Assembly: GCA_963764615.1 (NCBI GenBank)
Contig: CAVXTF010000002.1
Location: 1,746,745 to 1,810,744, forward strand
Direction: 5' to 3'
Origin: an uncultured Acidimicrobiales bacterium
GTDB lineage: Bacteria > Actinomycetota > Acidimicrobiia > Acidimicrobiales > CAVXTF01
DNA: 64,000 nt
Below, one piece after another: positions 29,668 through 39,684 of this stretch. The notes beneath the pieces were generated by a model that was given only the letters and a program-made list of their open reading frames with translations, searched no databases and was not told the origin of the DNA. The translations under genes were made by a program, and so were the position numbers. Position 1 is the first letter of the stretch. Every line of letters begins with the position of its first letter.

Positions 29668-31461
29668 ATGCAGGCGAATCGGCACGGATTGTTATTTTCC
29701 TCCGGGCGGCGGGTGAACGGCCGTCGCATCTTGCGAGGTGCCGCGGCCGCAGGCGCGGGAACGCTCTTGGTTCTTTCCTGCCTGCTCTTCGCGGGAGTTC
29801 AGGCCGCCTCCGCCAACAGTGGGCCGATCACGGCGAACGGATCCCCGGTGACGGCCACCATCTCGAGTGCCGGTATACCGGCAACGTTCACTTTCACGGG
29901 GACTTCCGGCGAGGTTGTCACGGCCAGCGCATACGACGGCACGTTCGCGGGGTCCTGTGACGTCGATCTCGAGATCCTCACCCCGTCGAGCACCAACATC
30001 GCGAGCGTCGGCTGCGTCGGCACCAGCGGCTTCATCGGTGAGACTCCCCTGCCCGGAGCCGGCACGTACACGTTGGAGCTGGTACCGACGGACAGCGACC
30101 TCGGCAGTGTAACCCTTGCATTGTCGGCCAACCCGGCCAACGGCACGATAACGGTGAACGGGCCATCGGTCTCGTTCACCGCCACCAATACCGGCCAAGG
30201 GCAAGAATTCACCTTCACGGGTGGCAAGAATGGCCAGACCGTTACCCTTTCGGCGAGCGGCGGGACCTTCCCGAACGGCTGCGATGAGAACATGTACCTA
30301 CTGACTTCTTCGGGTACCGAGCTCGCCGGTGACGGCTGCGTGGGATCGAGCGGCTTCATCGGCGAGACGGTCCTGCCAGGTAAGGGCACCTACATCGTCG
30401 ACCTCGTCCCGACCTCGGACAACCCCGGCGCGAACACCGGCAGCGTGACGCTTTGGCTGTCTGCCGATCCCGCCAAAAGCACGATCCCGGTCAACGGAAG
30501 TGCGACGTTCACCGCTAGCCACACGGGACAAGGCCAAGACTTCACCTTCTCCGGAACGGCCGGTCAGACCGTTACCCTTTCGGCGAGCGGCGGGACCTTC
30601 CCGAACGGCTGCGATGAGAACATGTACCTACTGACTTCTTCCGGAACCGAGCTCGGTGGTGACGGCTGCGCCGGCACGAGCGGTTTCATAGGGGAGACCG
30701 TCCTGCCGGGAACGGGCACCTACGTCGTGGACCTCGCCCCGACCTCGGACAACCCTGGGGCTAACACGGGCACCTTGACGCTGTGGGTGTCTGCCGATCC
30801 CGCCAACAGCACGATCTCGGAGAACGGCGCCTCCGTGACGTTCTCCGCGGCCCACACCGGCCAGGGCCGGGACTTCACCTTCAAGGGAAAAGCCGGACAG
30901 ACGGTCACGGTGTCGGCGAGCGGTGGAACCTTCCCGAGCAGCTGCGACCTCGGCCTGTACCTTCTCGGTCCCTCGGGCACCCAGCTTGGGGATGACGGAT
31001 GCTTCTCCCAGAGCGGCTTCCTAGGAGAGACCGTCCTGCCCGGAAAGGGGACCTACACCCTCGACATAGTTCCGACCTCGAGCAACCCCGGGTCGAACAC
31101 CGGCAGCGTGAAGCTCGAGCTGTCCGAGGACCCCGCCAACAGCACGATCAGCGTCGACGGGCCGCCCGTGGTCTTCACCGCGACCCATACGGGCCAGGGT
31201 CAGAATTTCACGTTCTCCGGGACGGCGGACGAGACGGTCACGCTGACCTCGAGCGGCGGGACCTTCCCCGGCAGCTGCGACGTCGGCATGGAGATACTCA
31301 GCCCGGCAGGGACGGAGGTCGCCGACGCAGGATGCATGGCACAGAGCGGGACGATCAGCAACGCGGTCCTCTACGGCACCGGGACGTACACCGTCGAGGT
31401 GTACCCCGAAGACAACAACATCGGGTCGAACACCGGCAGCGTGAACTTGTCTCTGACGTAG
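29668..31461 (+). CDS. secreted protein with five tandem PPC (pre-peptidase C-terminal)-like beta-sandwich repeats
   Basis: Strong RBS (aaagaggag). The N-terminus NGRRILRGAAAAGAGTLLVL...VQAASA is a signal peptide, possibly Tat type. Five ~110-aa repeats follow, each with TGQGQxFTFxG, two Cys, CDxxxYLL and GTYxVDLVP. Confidence 0.7.
   Translation: MQANRHGLLFSSGRRVNGRRILRGAAAAGAGTLLVLSCLLFAGVQAASANSGPITANGSPVTATISSAGIPATFTFTGTSGEVVTASAYDGTFAGSCDVDLEILTPSSTNIASVGCVGTSGFIGETPLPGAGTYTLELVPTDSDLGSVTLALSANPANGTITVNGPSVSFTATNTGQGQEFTFTGGKNGQTVTLSASGGTFPNGCDENMYLLTSSGTELAGDGCVGSSGFIGETVLPGKGTYIVDLVPTSDNPGANTGSVTLWLSADPAKSTIPVNGSATFTASHTGQGQDFTFSGTAGQTVTLSASGGTFPNGCDENMYLLTSSGTELGGDGCAGTSGFIGETVLPGTGTYVVDLAPTSDNPGANTGTLTLWVSADPANSTISENGASVTFSAAHTGQGRDFTFKGKAGQTVTVSASGGTFPSSCDLGLYLLGPSGTQLGDDGCFSQSGFLGETVLPGKGTYTLDIVPTSSNPGSNTGSVKLELSEDPANSTISVDGPPVVFTATHTGQGQNFTFSGTADETVTLTSSGGTFPGSCDVGMEILSPAGTEVADAGCMAQSGTISNAVLYGTGTYTVEVYPEDNNIGSNTGSVNLSLT
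29815..31458 (+). repeat. five tandem ~330-nt coding repeats; repeats 2 and 3 share an exact 77-nt block
   Basis: 30235..30311 and 30565..30641 are identical (cagaccgttaccctttcggcgagcggcgggaccttcccgaacggctgcgatgagaacatgtacctactgacttcttc). Confidence 0.9.
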
Positions 31462-31471
31462 ATCTTCCCAA

Positions 31472-33468
31472 CTAGCTCTTCAGGGTCACCCTCAGCCCGA
31501 GCCTCGCCACTTCGGGGAGTATCTGTGGCCGGAGCCACTCTCCGCCTTGAACGGTCACGTGGATGCCGTCGTCGGGGTAGCGAACGTCGATGCCGTCGAT
31601 GGCCATCGCGTACCGGCCGGCCGGGTCGAGGATGCGATTCAGATCGATCAGCGTGGTCGTGGTCGGATGCTCAGCCGCAACCTGCCTGAGAAGGCTGTTC
31701 CACTCGTCTACACGCGAGGGGCGCGTTCTCCGGCCACGCGTCGCCGTCGGGCTGCTCCAAAGGTGGGTCGATGTAGGGGAAGGTGAAGATCACCACGTGC
31801 GCCCCCCCGGCCGAAAGGGTCCTCACCGCCCGGTTGAGATCGGCCAACAGATGGGCGTCCCACGCCGGCTCGCCGACATGCACCCACGTCCCGTCGTAAA
31901 GATGGTCTGCGAGCTCGAAGCGACCGATGAGCAGGCCGACGACCTGGGGACGGATCGTCGCCACCTCGGTGGCCCAGGACCTCGGCCAGTTCCCGCACTC
32001 GGGGCTCCCGTACGCGACTCCGGCGACGCGGGTCGCGAACGGATCCAGATCGCACCCGAGAATTCCGTCGTTCACCACGTCGACCCCGTAGTCCTCGATC
32101 GAGTTCCAGCTGAGCCCGACGGCGGTCGTCAACGCCACCGAATCGCCGACCATCAGGAAACGCAACGGGTCGGACGTAAAGGCGTGAGCGGAGGCGAGGG
32201 CTTCGTGCTCCGTGACCGGAACTCCTACGGAACCTCTCAACAGGCCAGCGGGAACCGACGCAAATGCCGGCGGTACCGTAGCGATGACCACCGCCGCCGC
32301 GGTTGCAAGCGCACCGCCCGCAGCGATTGGAAGTCCCCGCCAGCTGCGCGCGATGTAGCCGCGCCTTATCGGCTGCTCGACGAGATGGAACGACGCCACG
32401 GCGGTGGCGAAGGTGACGCCGAGTCGCACCGCCAGCAGCGCGGCTCCCTGCAGACCGGTGTGGGCACGATCGAGGGCTAAGAACAGCGGCCAGTGGTACA
32501 GGTAAAGACCGTAGGAGATCCGTCCTATGTACGCGAGGGGCGGAACAGAAAGGGCCCGGGCGAGCACAGAGCCGCGCCAGCTTGAAACGCTCGTGATCAC
32601 GGCCCCCGCCGCCAGGGCCACCAACAGGAACCCGCCCTCGTACAAGAACGCGTCCTGGCCGCCGACGGCGTGCCAGCACCACAACAAAGCTCCCGCACCC
32701 GAAACTCCGAGGACCCCGCCGACCGCACGCCCTCGGCCGGTATCCGCCCATCTGGCAGGAACGACCCTCCAATCGCGGCGCGATGCGAGAGCCCCGAGCA
32801 TGGATCCCACCAGCAGCGCCTGCGCTCTCGTGTCGGTCCCGTAGTACAACCGGTCGGTCGAGAATCCGTCGAGGTACATGCTCGCCATGAGCAGCGCGGA
32901 GGCCGCAGCCCCGGTTCCCGCCACCCAGGCCAGAACTCGCGACCCCCTCGATCGCAGGATCACGAAGGCCACCAACGGCCATATGACGTAGTACTGCTCT
33001 TCGACCGACAACGACCACATGTGGAGCAGCGGTGAAGGTGCGGTGGACTGCGCGAAATAACCCTGATTCGAGATGATGAAGTGCCAGTTGGCGAAGTAGA
33101 GCAAGGTCGAGATCGCATCACCGCGGATGGCGGTCACGTCGACGGAGTCCCTGTACCCCCACGCGTAGACAGCGACCGCCACAAGCAGCACCAACAAGGC
33201 CGGCAGGAGCCTGCGGGCCCTGCCCGCCCAGAATCTCCCCAGGCGGATGGAGCCCGACTCCAGGTGCTCTCCGCAAAGCAGGCTCGTGATGAGGAACCCT
33301 GAAAGCACGAAGAACACGTCGACGCCGAGTAGTCCCCCGCCTACCCCGCCAACGCCCGCGTGGTACAGGAGCACGGCGCACACCGCGAATGCCCGGATCC
33401 CGTCCAGGAACCCCAGGCGCTCCTCGCCCGCCCGGTCCCGTTCTCGTCCCGGCGCCGTTTCCGTCACT
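31472..33468 (-). pseudogene. AT3 (OafA-like) acyltransferase with C-terminal SGNH domain, one frameshift near the 3' end (or sequencing error)
   Basis: FLDGIRAFAVCAVLLYHAGV...GVDVFFVLSGFLITSLL and HMWSLSVEEQYYVIWPL are AT3 motifs. Track ORF 31671..33710 ends in ...WPENAPLACRRVEQPSQAGCG. A -1 frame read by hand continues PSRVDEWNSLLRQVAAEHPTTTTLIDLNRILDPAGRYAMAIDGIDVRYPDDGIHVT..., an SGNH block V-like sequence, to the TAG at 31472. The shift lies at the gggg run 31718-31721. A likely GTG start at 33468 is 21 nt after the coaE stop. Confidence 0.75.
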
Positions 33469-33489
33469 CGGTCGATCTCAAAAGCTATC

Positions 33490-34107
33490 TCAGGGCGCTG
33501 ACGAGGTCCGGGCCAGCAGATCCGCCCAGAGCCGGTCCACCTGCGCCTGCAGGGAATCGAGGTCCCCGCTGTTGTCGAGCACCACGTCCGCGAGAGCGCG
33601 ACGTTCCTCCCTGGTGATCTGCGCCGCCAACCGCGCCTCTGCGTCCGCGCGATCGAAGCCGCGCTGGCCGACGAGCCGCTCCACCGCCGTCTCCGTCGGC
33701 GCGTCCACAACGACCACCACGTCGAAGCCGAGCTGCTCGCGGTGCGTCTGTTTCAGAAGCGGGATGTCCATGACGACCACGGCACCTGCTTTTTCGGCCG
33801 CGGACCGCCGTTCAACCATCAACTGCCCGATCACCGGATGGGTCGCGGCGTTAAGGTCGGCGAGCGCCTGAGGGTCGTTGAAGACGATCTCCGCGAGTGC
33901 CTTGCGGTCGATGGTCCCGTCGACAGCGACCACGGCATCGCCGAACCGCTCGACCACAGGTCCGTACGCCGGGCCGCCTGGAGCGACCACTTCGCGCGCG
34001 ATCGCATCTGCGTCGACCAAGACAGCACCCTTCGACGCGAGCATGTGAGCCGCAGTCGACTTGCCGGAGCCGATACCTCCGGTGAGACCCACCGTGACTG
34101 CACTCAT
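33490..34107 (-). CDS. coaE: dephospho-CoA kinase
   Basis: 205 aa with the VGLTGGIGSGKST P-loop and overall CoaE length and layout. Confidence 0.9.
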   Translation of the reverse strand: MSAVTVGLTGGIGSGKSTAAHMLASKGAVLVDADAIAREVVAPGGPAYGPVVERFGDAVVAVDGTIDRKALAEIVFNDPQALADLNAATHPVIGQLMVERRSAAEKAGAVVVMDIPLLKQTHREQLGFDVVVVVDAPTETAVERLVGQRGFDRADAEARLAAQITREERRALADVVLDNSGDLDSLQAQVDRLWADLLARTSSAP

Positions 34108-34117
34108 CGCCGAGGAC

Positions 34118-34951
34118 TCACCGCCTGGGATCGCCGGCTATGGCGAACAGCACGAGGGTCGTGTCGTCGATCTCGTCGGTTACGAAGAAGTCGTCCGCCG
34201 TTATGCCGCTCGAGCCCCCCGTGTCGTGGCGCGCCATGATCCTGTATGCGAGTGGCAGCGCACGCGTGTAACCCGCGACGTACCACGAGCGCGGTATGCG
34301 GTGGCGGAGGTCGAACACGTCGAGTGAGAGCACCTTCGCAGCGCGCTCGCGTCGTGCGGCGAAGTCCGCCTTCACTGCGTCAGTGGCGTCGAGGCCCCCT
34401 ATCCACACATCTGAGAAGTACACCGACAGCAGGGATCGCAGCTCCTTCGCGTCGAAGAGATGGACATGGAACGGGTTCTCGAAGTCCGCGGGCGCGTTGG
34501 GAGTGAGAATCAGCGCCCTGCCCGCGGGCTTGAGCACCCGGGCCATCTCTTCGACGTGGCCTTCGGGCTGCTCGAAGTGCTCGATCAGGTGAGAAGAGCA
34601 CACGTAGTCGAAGGACCCTCCGCCGATGCAAAGCGCCAGGGCGTCGGTCCGCGCCACCGACAGCCCCGATCCCGCATGGATCCTCGCCGCGTGCTCGACC
34701 GCATCGATGCTGTAGTCGACGCCGACGACAGATCTTCGCGGCCCGATCAACCTGACGGACTCGAAACCCTGCCCGCACCCGAGGTCGAGGAGCCTGCCTT
34801 CGCCCACCCTGGCCGTGACGGCGCGGTAGCCGGCGTCGTGCAGAGCGAGCAGAGAGTCGGGAGTCACCCCCTGGACAGGGCGCTCTCCGGTCAGCCTGGC
34901 CAACTCACCTCCTAGAAGCGGGGCCTGGTTCTCCCCGACGGCGCCCCGCAT
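34118..34951 (-). CDS. class I SAM-dependent methyltransferase
   Basis: 277 aa with LLDLGCGQGFES (motif I), FDYVCSSHLIEH and LKPAGRALILTPN. Confidence 0.75.
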   Translation of the reverse strand: MRGAVGENQAPLLGGELARLTGERPVQGVTPDSLLALHDAGYRAVTARVGEGRLLDLGCGQGFESVRLIGPRRSVVGVDYSIDAVEHAARIHAGSGLSVARTDALALCIGGGSFDYVCSSHLIEHFEQPEGHVEEMARVLKPAGRALILTPNAPADFENPFHVHLFDAKELRSLLSVYFSDVWIGGLDATDAVKADFAARRERAAKVLSLDVFDLRHRIPRSWYVAGYTRALPLAYRIMARHDTGGSSGITADDFFVTDEIDDTTLVLFAIAGDPRR

Positions 34952-35049
34952 CCGGGGGTGCGTACACTACCGGCCGGACAGGTCCGGGACCCACCCGGCC
35001 CGGCGCAAATCCCATCCCAAGCGCGCAGGAGAGGACCGTACCGAGACAC

Positions 35050-38000
35050 GTGGCGCGAGAAGCGGCAGCGACCACGCCTCGAGACACGGCCGGCGCTCCG
35101 GGCCCGGCGCGCACCATCCGCACGGCGGCCGCCTCGTGGTTCGAGTACGTGACCGTCGCCCTGTTCGCGTTCGTCCCGCAGCTCGCGTCCCAACCCGGCG
35201 TGGTCGATTCCGACACGAAGTCCTATCTCTTCATCGACCCGGCGAGGTTCCTAGCCCAGTCCGCCTCGATGTGGGACCCCGACATTGCGCTCGGTACCGT
35301 CACCCACCAGCAACTCGGCTACCTGTTCCCCATGGGGCCGTTCTTCCTCGCGACTCATGGCCTCGGTATCCCGGTGTGGGTAGCGGAGCGGCTCTGGGTG
35401 GGCGCGACCCTCTTCGCCGCCGGTGCAGGAGTCATCTACCTGGCGAGGACACTCGGCATGCGGGGTCCTGGCGTGCTCGCAGCCGGAATCGCGTACATGC
35501 TCTCGCCGTACTTCTTGCAGTACGTGGGCAGGATCTCGGTGATCCTCCTGTCCTGGGCGGCGCTGCCCTGGCTCGTGGCTCTGGTGGCGCGTGCGATGCG
35601 TCAGGGGGGATGGCGGTACCCGGCCCTGTTCGCCCTCGTCGCGCTCACAGCGGGCGGCGTCAACGCGAGCTCGCTCATATACGTCGGCGTGGGCCCGTTG
35701 CTTTGGCTGCCCTACTCGGTGCTCGTGAGCCGCGAGCAGACCTGGCGCAGGGCATGGGCCGTGCTCTGGCGCACCGGGTTGTTGACGCTCGCGGTTTCGC
35801 TGTGGTGGATCGTCGGCCTCGAGATCGAAGGGGGATACGGGCTCGACATCCTCAAGTACACAGAGACGGTCCAGGCCGTGAGCCAGACCTCTTACGCGTC
35901 GGAAGTGCTTCGCGGACTCGGCTACTGGTACTTCTACGGCTCGGACCGTATAGGCCAGTGGGTCGCGACCTCGACCCAGTTCACCCAGGAGATCTGGCTG
36001 ATCGCTACCAGCTTCGCGGTTCCGGTCGCAGCATTTGTCTCGGCCGTAGTCGTTCGCTGGCGCTACCGGGCGTACTTCGTGCTGCTTGTGGTCGTCGGGC
36101 TCGTCCTGTCGGTAGGCGCGAACCCGTTCGGAAACCCGTCACCTCTGGGAGCCCTCCTCAAATGGCTGATGACGGATACGACGGCCGGCCTCGCCATGCG
36201 CTCGACGGACAGGGCGTCGCCTCTTCTTCTGCTCGGGACCTCCATGCTGCTCGGTGCGGGGGTGAGCGCGCTCGCTAGAAGCGTCAGGCTCGCCGGGCTC
36301 GCGTCGTGTGCAGCAGCGATCGGCCTCGTGTGCGCTGCCAACCCGGCGGTGTTCAACGGGGCCACCGTGGCCGACAATTTCACGCAGCCCTCACCACTAC
36401 CTACCTTCCTCACCGACGCCACGAGCGCCCTGAACGCGCAACCCGGGGGCTCGGGGCCGGCCGCCACGAGAGTGCTCGCGATACCCGGCCAGAACTTCGC
36501 TGCGTACCGATTCGGCGACACGATCGACACGGTCTATCCAGCACTGCTCACCCGACCGTTCGCACAACGCGAACAACAGGAGTACGGGTCGCTTGCAACC
36601 CAGGACGTCCTATACGCGCTCGACGATCCGATACAAGAGGGTTATTTCGTGTCGAGCGGGCTCGCGCCGATGGCGAGCCTGATGAGCGCGGGGTCCCTTC
36701 TCGTCCAGAACGACCTCGCCTACGAGCGATACAACCAGCCGACCCCACTCCAGGTCGAGCAGGACCTCACACCGACCCCGCCGGGGCTCGGGAGCCCCAC
36801 CGGATACGGACCTCCCCAGCCGAACCAGTCGCTCATCGCCGAGATCGACGAGGTCACCGAAGCCGAATCGCCCGACCAGTCCTGGCCGTCGCCGCTCGAG
36901 GTGTACCCGGTGGAGGATCCTCGCCAGATCGTGCGCGCCGAGACTCAATCCGCCCCGCTCATCGTCGACGGAGACGCGGAAGGCATCTCGGCGGCCGCCG
37001 ACGTCGGGCTCCTCGCCGGCAATCCGACAATTCTTTACGCGACTACTTTGGACAGCCGGCCCGGCGCGATCCAACAGACTGCTGCGAGCGGCGCGACGCT
37101 CGTGCTCACCGACACCGATCGCAAGCGCGAGTTCCGCTGGAACTCAGTGGCGCAGAACGCCGGCTACACGGAAACCGCCGCACAAGGACCGTCATCGGAC
37201 CCCACGGCGGAGCCGATCGACAGCTTCTTGCCGCAGACTCCGGATTCGCAGAGCGTCACCGTCTTCGGGGGGATCAAGTCCGTTGAAGCGTCCGACTACG
37301 GAAACGATGTGCAGAATCTGCCCGAGGACCGTGCAGCAATGGCCCTGGACGCGAACACCCAGACCTCGTGGCAGACGTCGGCGTTCTCCAACCCGGTCGG
37401 ACAATGGTGGCAGGTGGCCCTCGACCACCCGACCACTACCGATCACATCAACCTTCTGCAGGTCATAACCGGTTCGCTCACCCGCTGGATCACGAGCGCG
37501 ACCCTCACCTTCGACGGCAAAAAGACGATTCATGTGTCCTTGGGGCCGTCATCGCGCTCGCTGTCGGGCAAGGGCCAGACCGTGACCTTCCCTACGACCA
37601 CCTTCCAGACGCTTCGCATCACCATCGACGGCACAAACCTCAACCAGGCGGGGAATACCGCAAGCCTGCCCGGAGTCGGGTTCGCAGAGGTGAGGATCCC
37701 GGGCGTGACCATGCAGGAATACGTGTCGTTGCCCGAGGACATGCTCCGCACGCTCGGAAGCTCGTCGATCGACAACCGCCTCGTCATGATCCTCACGCGC
37801 CTGCGGGTCGCCCCCGAGCCGCCCAGAACCGATCCGGAGACGAGCATGTCGCGGATATTCTGGCTGCCGACAACGCGCAACTTCACGCTGACGGGTGAGG
37901 CATCGATCGACGCTCTCATCCCCGACGACGCGATCGACCGCCTCGTCGGGAGGCAGGGATCGAACGGCACAGGCATCGTGGCGTACTCGTCGGGCCGCCT

Positions 38001-39684
38001 GCCCGGCGACCTTCACGACGGGGCGGAAGCTGCGCTCGACGGCAATCCGGCCACGATGTGGTCGACGGGGTTCGGAGCGAACGCTCTAGTCGACCCGTGG
38101 ATCGAGGTGAACCTGCCGAGCCCCGTGACGGTCAGCCATCTCGACCTGCAGGTTGTCGCGGACGGCCATCACTCGGTGCCGGCGAGCGTGCGGGTCACGG
38201 CGTGCGACACGTTGCCTGTCAGCTCGTACTGCGCTGCAGACGCCTCCAACTCGGTCGAGCTCCGACTACCGCCCATCTCCGACGGAAAGCGACAGGGCGA
38301 CACGGTGACCTTGCCGCTGAATTTCCGTCCGCTCACCGGTCGTTTCCTCACATTCACGTTCACGAGCGTGAGAACCGAGACGTCGGTCAACTACTACTCG
38401 GAGTCACCTCTCGCGATGCCGATAGGAGTCGCCGAGCTCGGGATACCCGGAGTGGACGAACCGGCTCCGCCAGCAAGCATCCCGGCGGTGTGCACCGACA
38501 AGCTGCTCACCATCGACTCCAAGCCGGTCTGGGTGGAGATCAGCGGAAAGAGCGCTGCCGCTCTCGACGGCGACGAGCTCCCGCTCTCCCTCTGTGGGCC
38601 TGACGCCCGAGGGCTCGAGCTCGGCCCAGGGGCGCACACGGTCGTGGCCACTTACGGGCACGCGAACGGCCCGCATTCGACAGGGTGGGATCTCGACCAG
38701 CTCACGTTCGACTCGGCGCCTGGAGGAGGTGCGGAGCCCGACGCCGCAGGCGGGCCTGTCGTCGCGCCCCACATCGCAGGTGGAACGCCCACTGTGAAAG
38801 TGATCTCATCCACCGCGACGACATGGAAGCTCCAAGTCTCCGGCGCGACAGGGCCTTTCTGGTTGGTGCTCGGCGAGACCCAGAACCGCGGCTGGCAGGC
38901 GTCGGTCGACGGCGGCCCGTCGCTCGGCGGGTCGACACTGATCGACGGCTTCGCGAACGGGTGGAAGGTGGACCCCGGGGACCTTGGTGCTGCCGCAAAA
39001 GGCGCGAAGTTCGACGTGACCCTGGACTGGACGCCGCAGGACCGCGTCTGGGAAGCGCTCTTCATCTCGGGCGCGGCCGCTGTCGTCTGCGTCGTGCTCG
39101 TCGCGCTCCCGCGCCGAAGGCGCCGCCGGACCGGTTGGGAAGTCTGGCGATCGCGTCAAGGTCATGTTCCAGTTGAGCGCGACGCCAACGGCGCGACAGC
39201 GGCCACGACCGTCGGTCAGGCGGACGTCGGGCCCGTCCTCGGCTCCCCGGCGACGTTCCCCCGGTCGCAACGTCCACCTCTGTGGATAGCGGGCCTTGCC
39301 GCCGTGGGGGCCGGCCTCGTGGCTTCGGCCCTGTCGACTCCTTGGTCTCCCTGGGCCGGTCTGGTGATCGGCCCTGCGGTCGGGCTCGTGGTGCTCGTGC
39401 GCCGGACGAGGCTGCTCCTCACCCTGTCTGCGGTCGGGCTGGTGATCGCCGCCGCCATCTACGTGGTCCTCGGTCAGGCTCAGCACCACTACCTGGTCGG
39501 GGCGACATGGCCGGGAGAATTCGAGCCCGCAGCGATCATGACGTCGCTCGGGGTCCTGTTGCTCGGAGCCGACGCCCTCGCTGAACGCGTCCGCACCGCG
39601 CGACCGGTCAGCGAACCCGGTGGCGTCTCCGGGCCTCGTCGACGAGGGCGCCGAGGGTCCCACTCGCAGTCGCCCCCCAGGTGA
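35050..39684 (+). CDS. AftD-like (alpha-(1->3)-arabinofuranosyltransferase family / DUF3367) giant GT-C membrane glycosyltransferase with discoidin-like modules
   Basis: 1544 aa. QPGVVDSDTKSYLFIDPARFL...QQLGYLFPMGPFF matches the AftD N-terminal signature as I recall it. Multiple TM helices follow. F5/8-type-C-like signatures occur (AMALDANTQTSWQT, AALDGNPATMWST), and there are C-terminal TM helices. Confidence 0.8.
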   Translation: MAREAAATTPRDTAGAPGPARTIRTAAASWFEYVTVALFAFVPQLASQPGVVDSDTKSYLFIDPARFLAQSASMWDPDIALGTVTHQQLGYLFPMGPFFLATHGLGIPVWVAERLWVGATLFAAGAGVIYLARTLGMRGPGVLAAGIAYMLSPYFLQYVGRISVILLSWAALPWLVALVARAMRQGGWRYPALFALVALTAGGVNASSLIYVGVGPLLWLPYSVLVSREQTWRRAWAVLWRTGLLTLAVSLWWIVGLEIEGGYGLDILKYTETVQAVSQTSYASEVLRGLGYWYFYGSDRIGQWVATSTQFTQEIWLIATSFAVPVAAFVSAVVVRWRYRAYFVLLVVVGLVLSVGANPFGNPSPLGALLKWLMTDTTAGLAMRSTDRASPLLLLGTSMLLGAGVSALARSVRLAGLASCAAAIGLVCAANPAVFNGATVADNFTQPSPLPTFLTDATSALNAQPGGSGPAATRVLAIPGQNFAAYRFGDTIDTVYPALLTRPFAQREQQEYGSLATQDVLYALDDPIQEGYFVSSGLAPMASLMSAGSLLVQNDLAYERYNQPTPLQVEQDLTPTPPGLGSPTGYGPPQPNQSLIAEIDEVTEAESPDQSWPSPLEVYPVEDPRQIVRAETQSAPLIVDGDAEGISAAADVGLLAGNPTILYATTLDSRPGAIQQTAASGATLVLTDTDRKREFRWNSVAQNAGYTETAAQGPSSDPTAEPIDSFLPQTPDSQSVTVFGGIKSVEASDYGNDVQNLPEDRAAMALDANTQTSWQTSAFSNPVGQWWQVALDHPTTTDHINLLQVITGSLTRWITSATLTFDGKKTIHVSLGPSSRSLSGKGQTVTFPTTTFQTLRITIDGTNLNQAGNTASLPGVGFAEVRIPGVTMQEYVSLPEDMLRTLGSSSIDNRLVMILTRLRVAPEPPRTDPETSMSRIFWLPTTRNFTLTGEASIDALIPDDAIDRLVGRQGSNGTGIVAYSSGRLPGDLHDGAEAALDGNPATMWSTGFGANALVDPWIEVNLPSPVTVSHLDLQVVADGHHSVPASVRVTACDTLPVSSYCAADASNSVELRLPPISDGKRQGDTVTLPLNFRPLTGRFLTFTFTSVRTETSVNYYSESPLAMPIGVAELGIPGVDEPAPPASIPAVCTDKLLTIDSKPVWVEISGKSAAALDGDELPLSLCGPDARGLELGPGAHTVVATYGHANGPHSTGWDLDQLTFDSAPGGGAEPDAAGGPVVAPHIAGGTPTVKVISSTATTWKLQVSGATGPFWLVLGETQNRGWQASVDGGPSLGGSTLIDGFANGWKVDPGDLGAAAKGAKFDVTLDWTPQDRVWEALFISGAAAVVCVVLVALPRRRRRRTGWEVWRSRQGHVPVERDANGATAATTVGQADVGPVLGSPATFPRSQRPPLWIAGLAAVGAGLVASALSTPWSPWAGLVIGPAVGLVVLVRRTRLLLTLSAVGLVIAAAIYVVLGQAQHHYLVGATWPGEFEPAAIMTSLGVLLLGADALAERVRTARPVSEPGGVSGPRRRGRRGSHSQSPPR

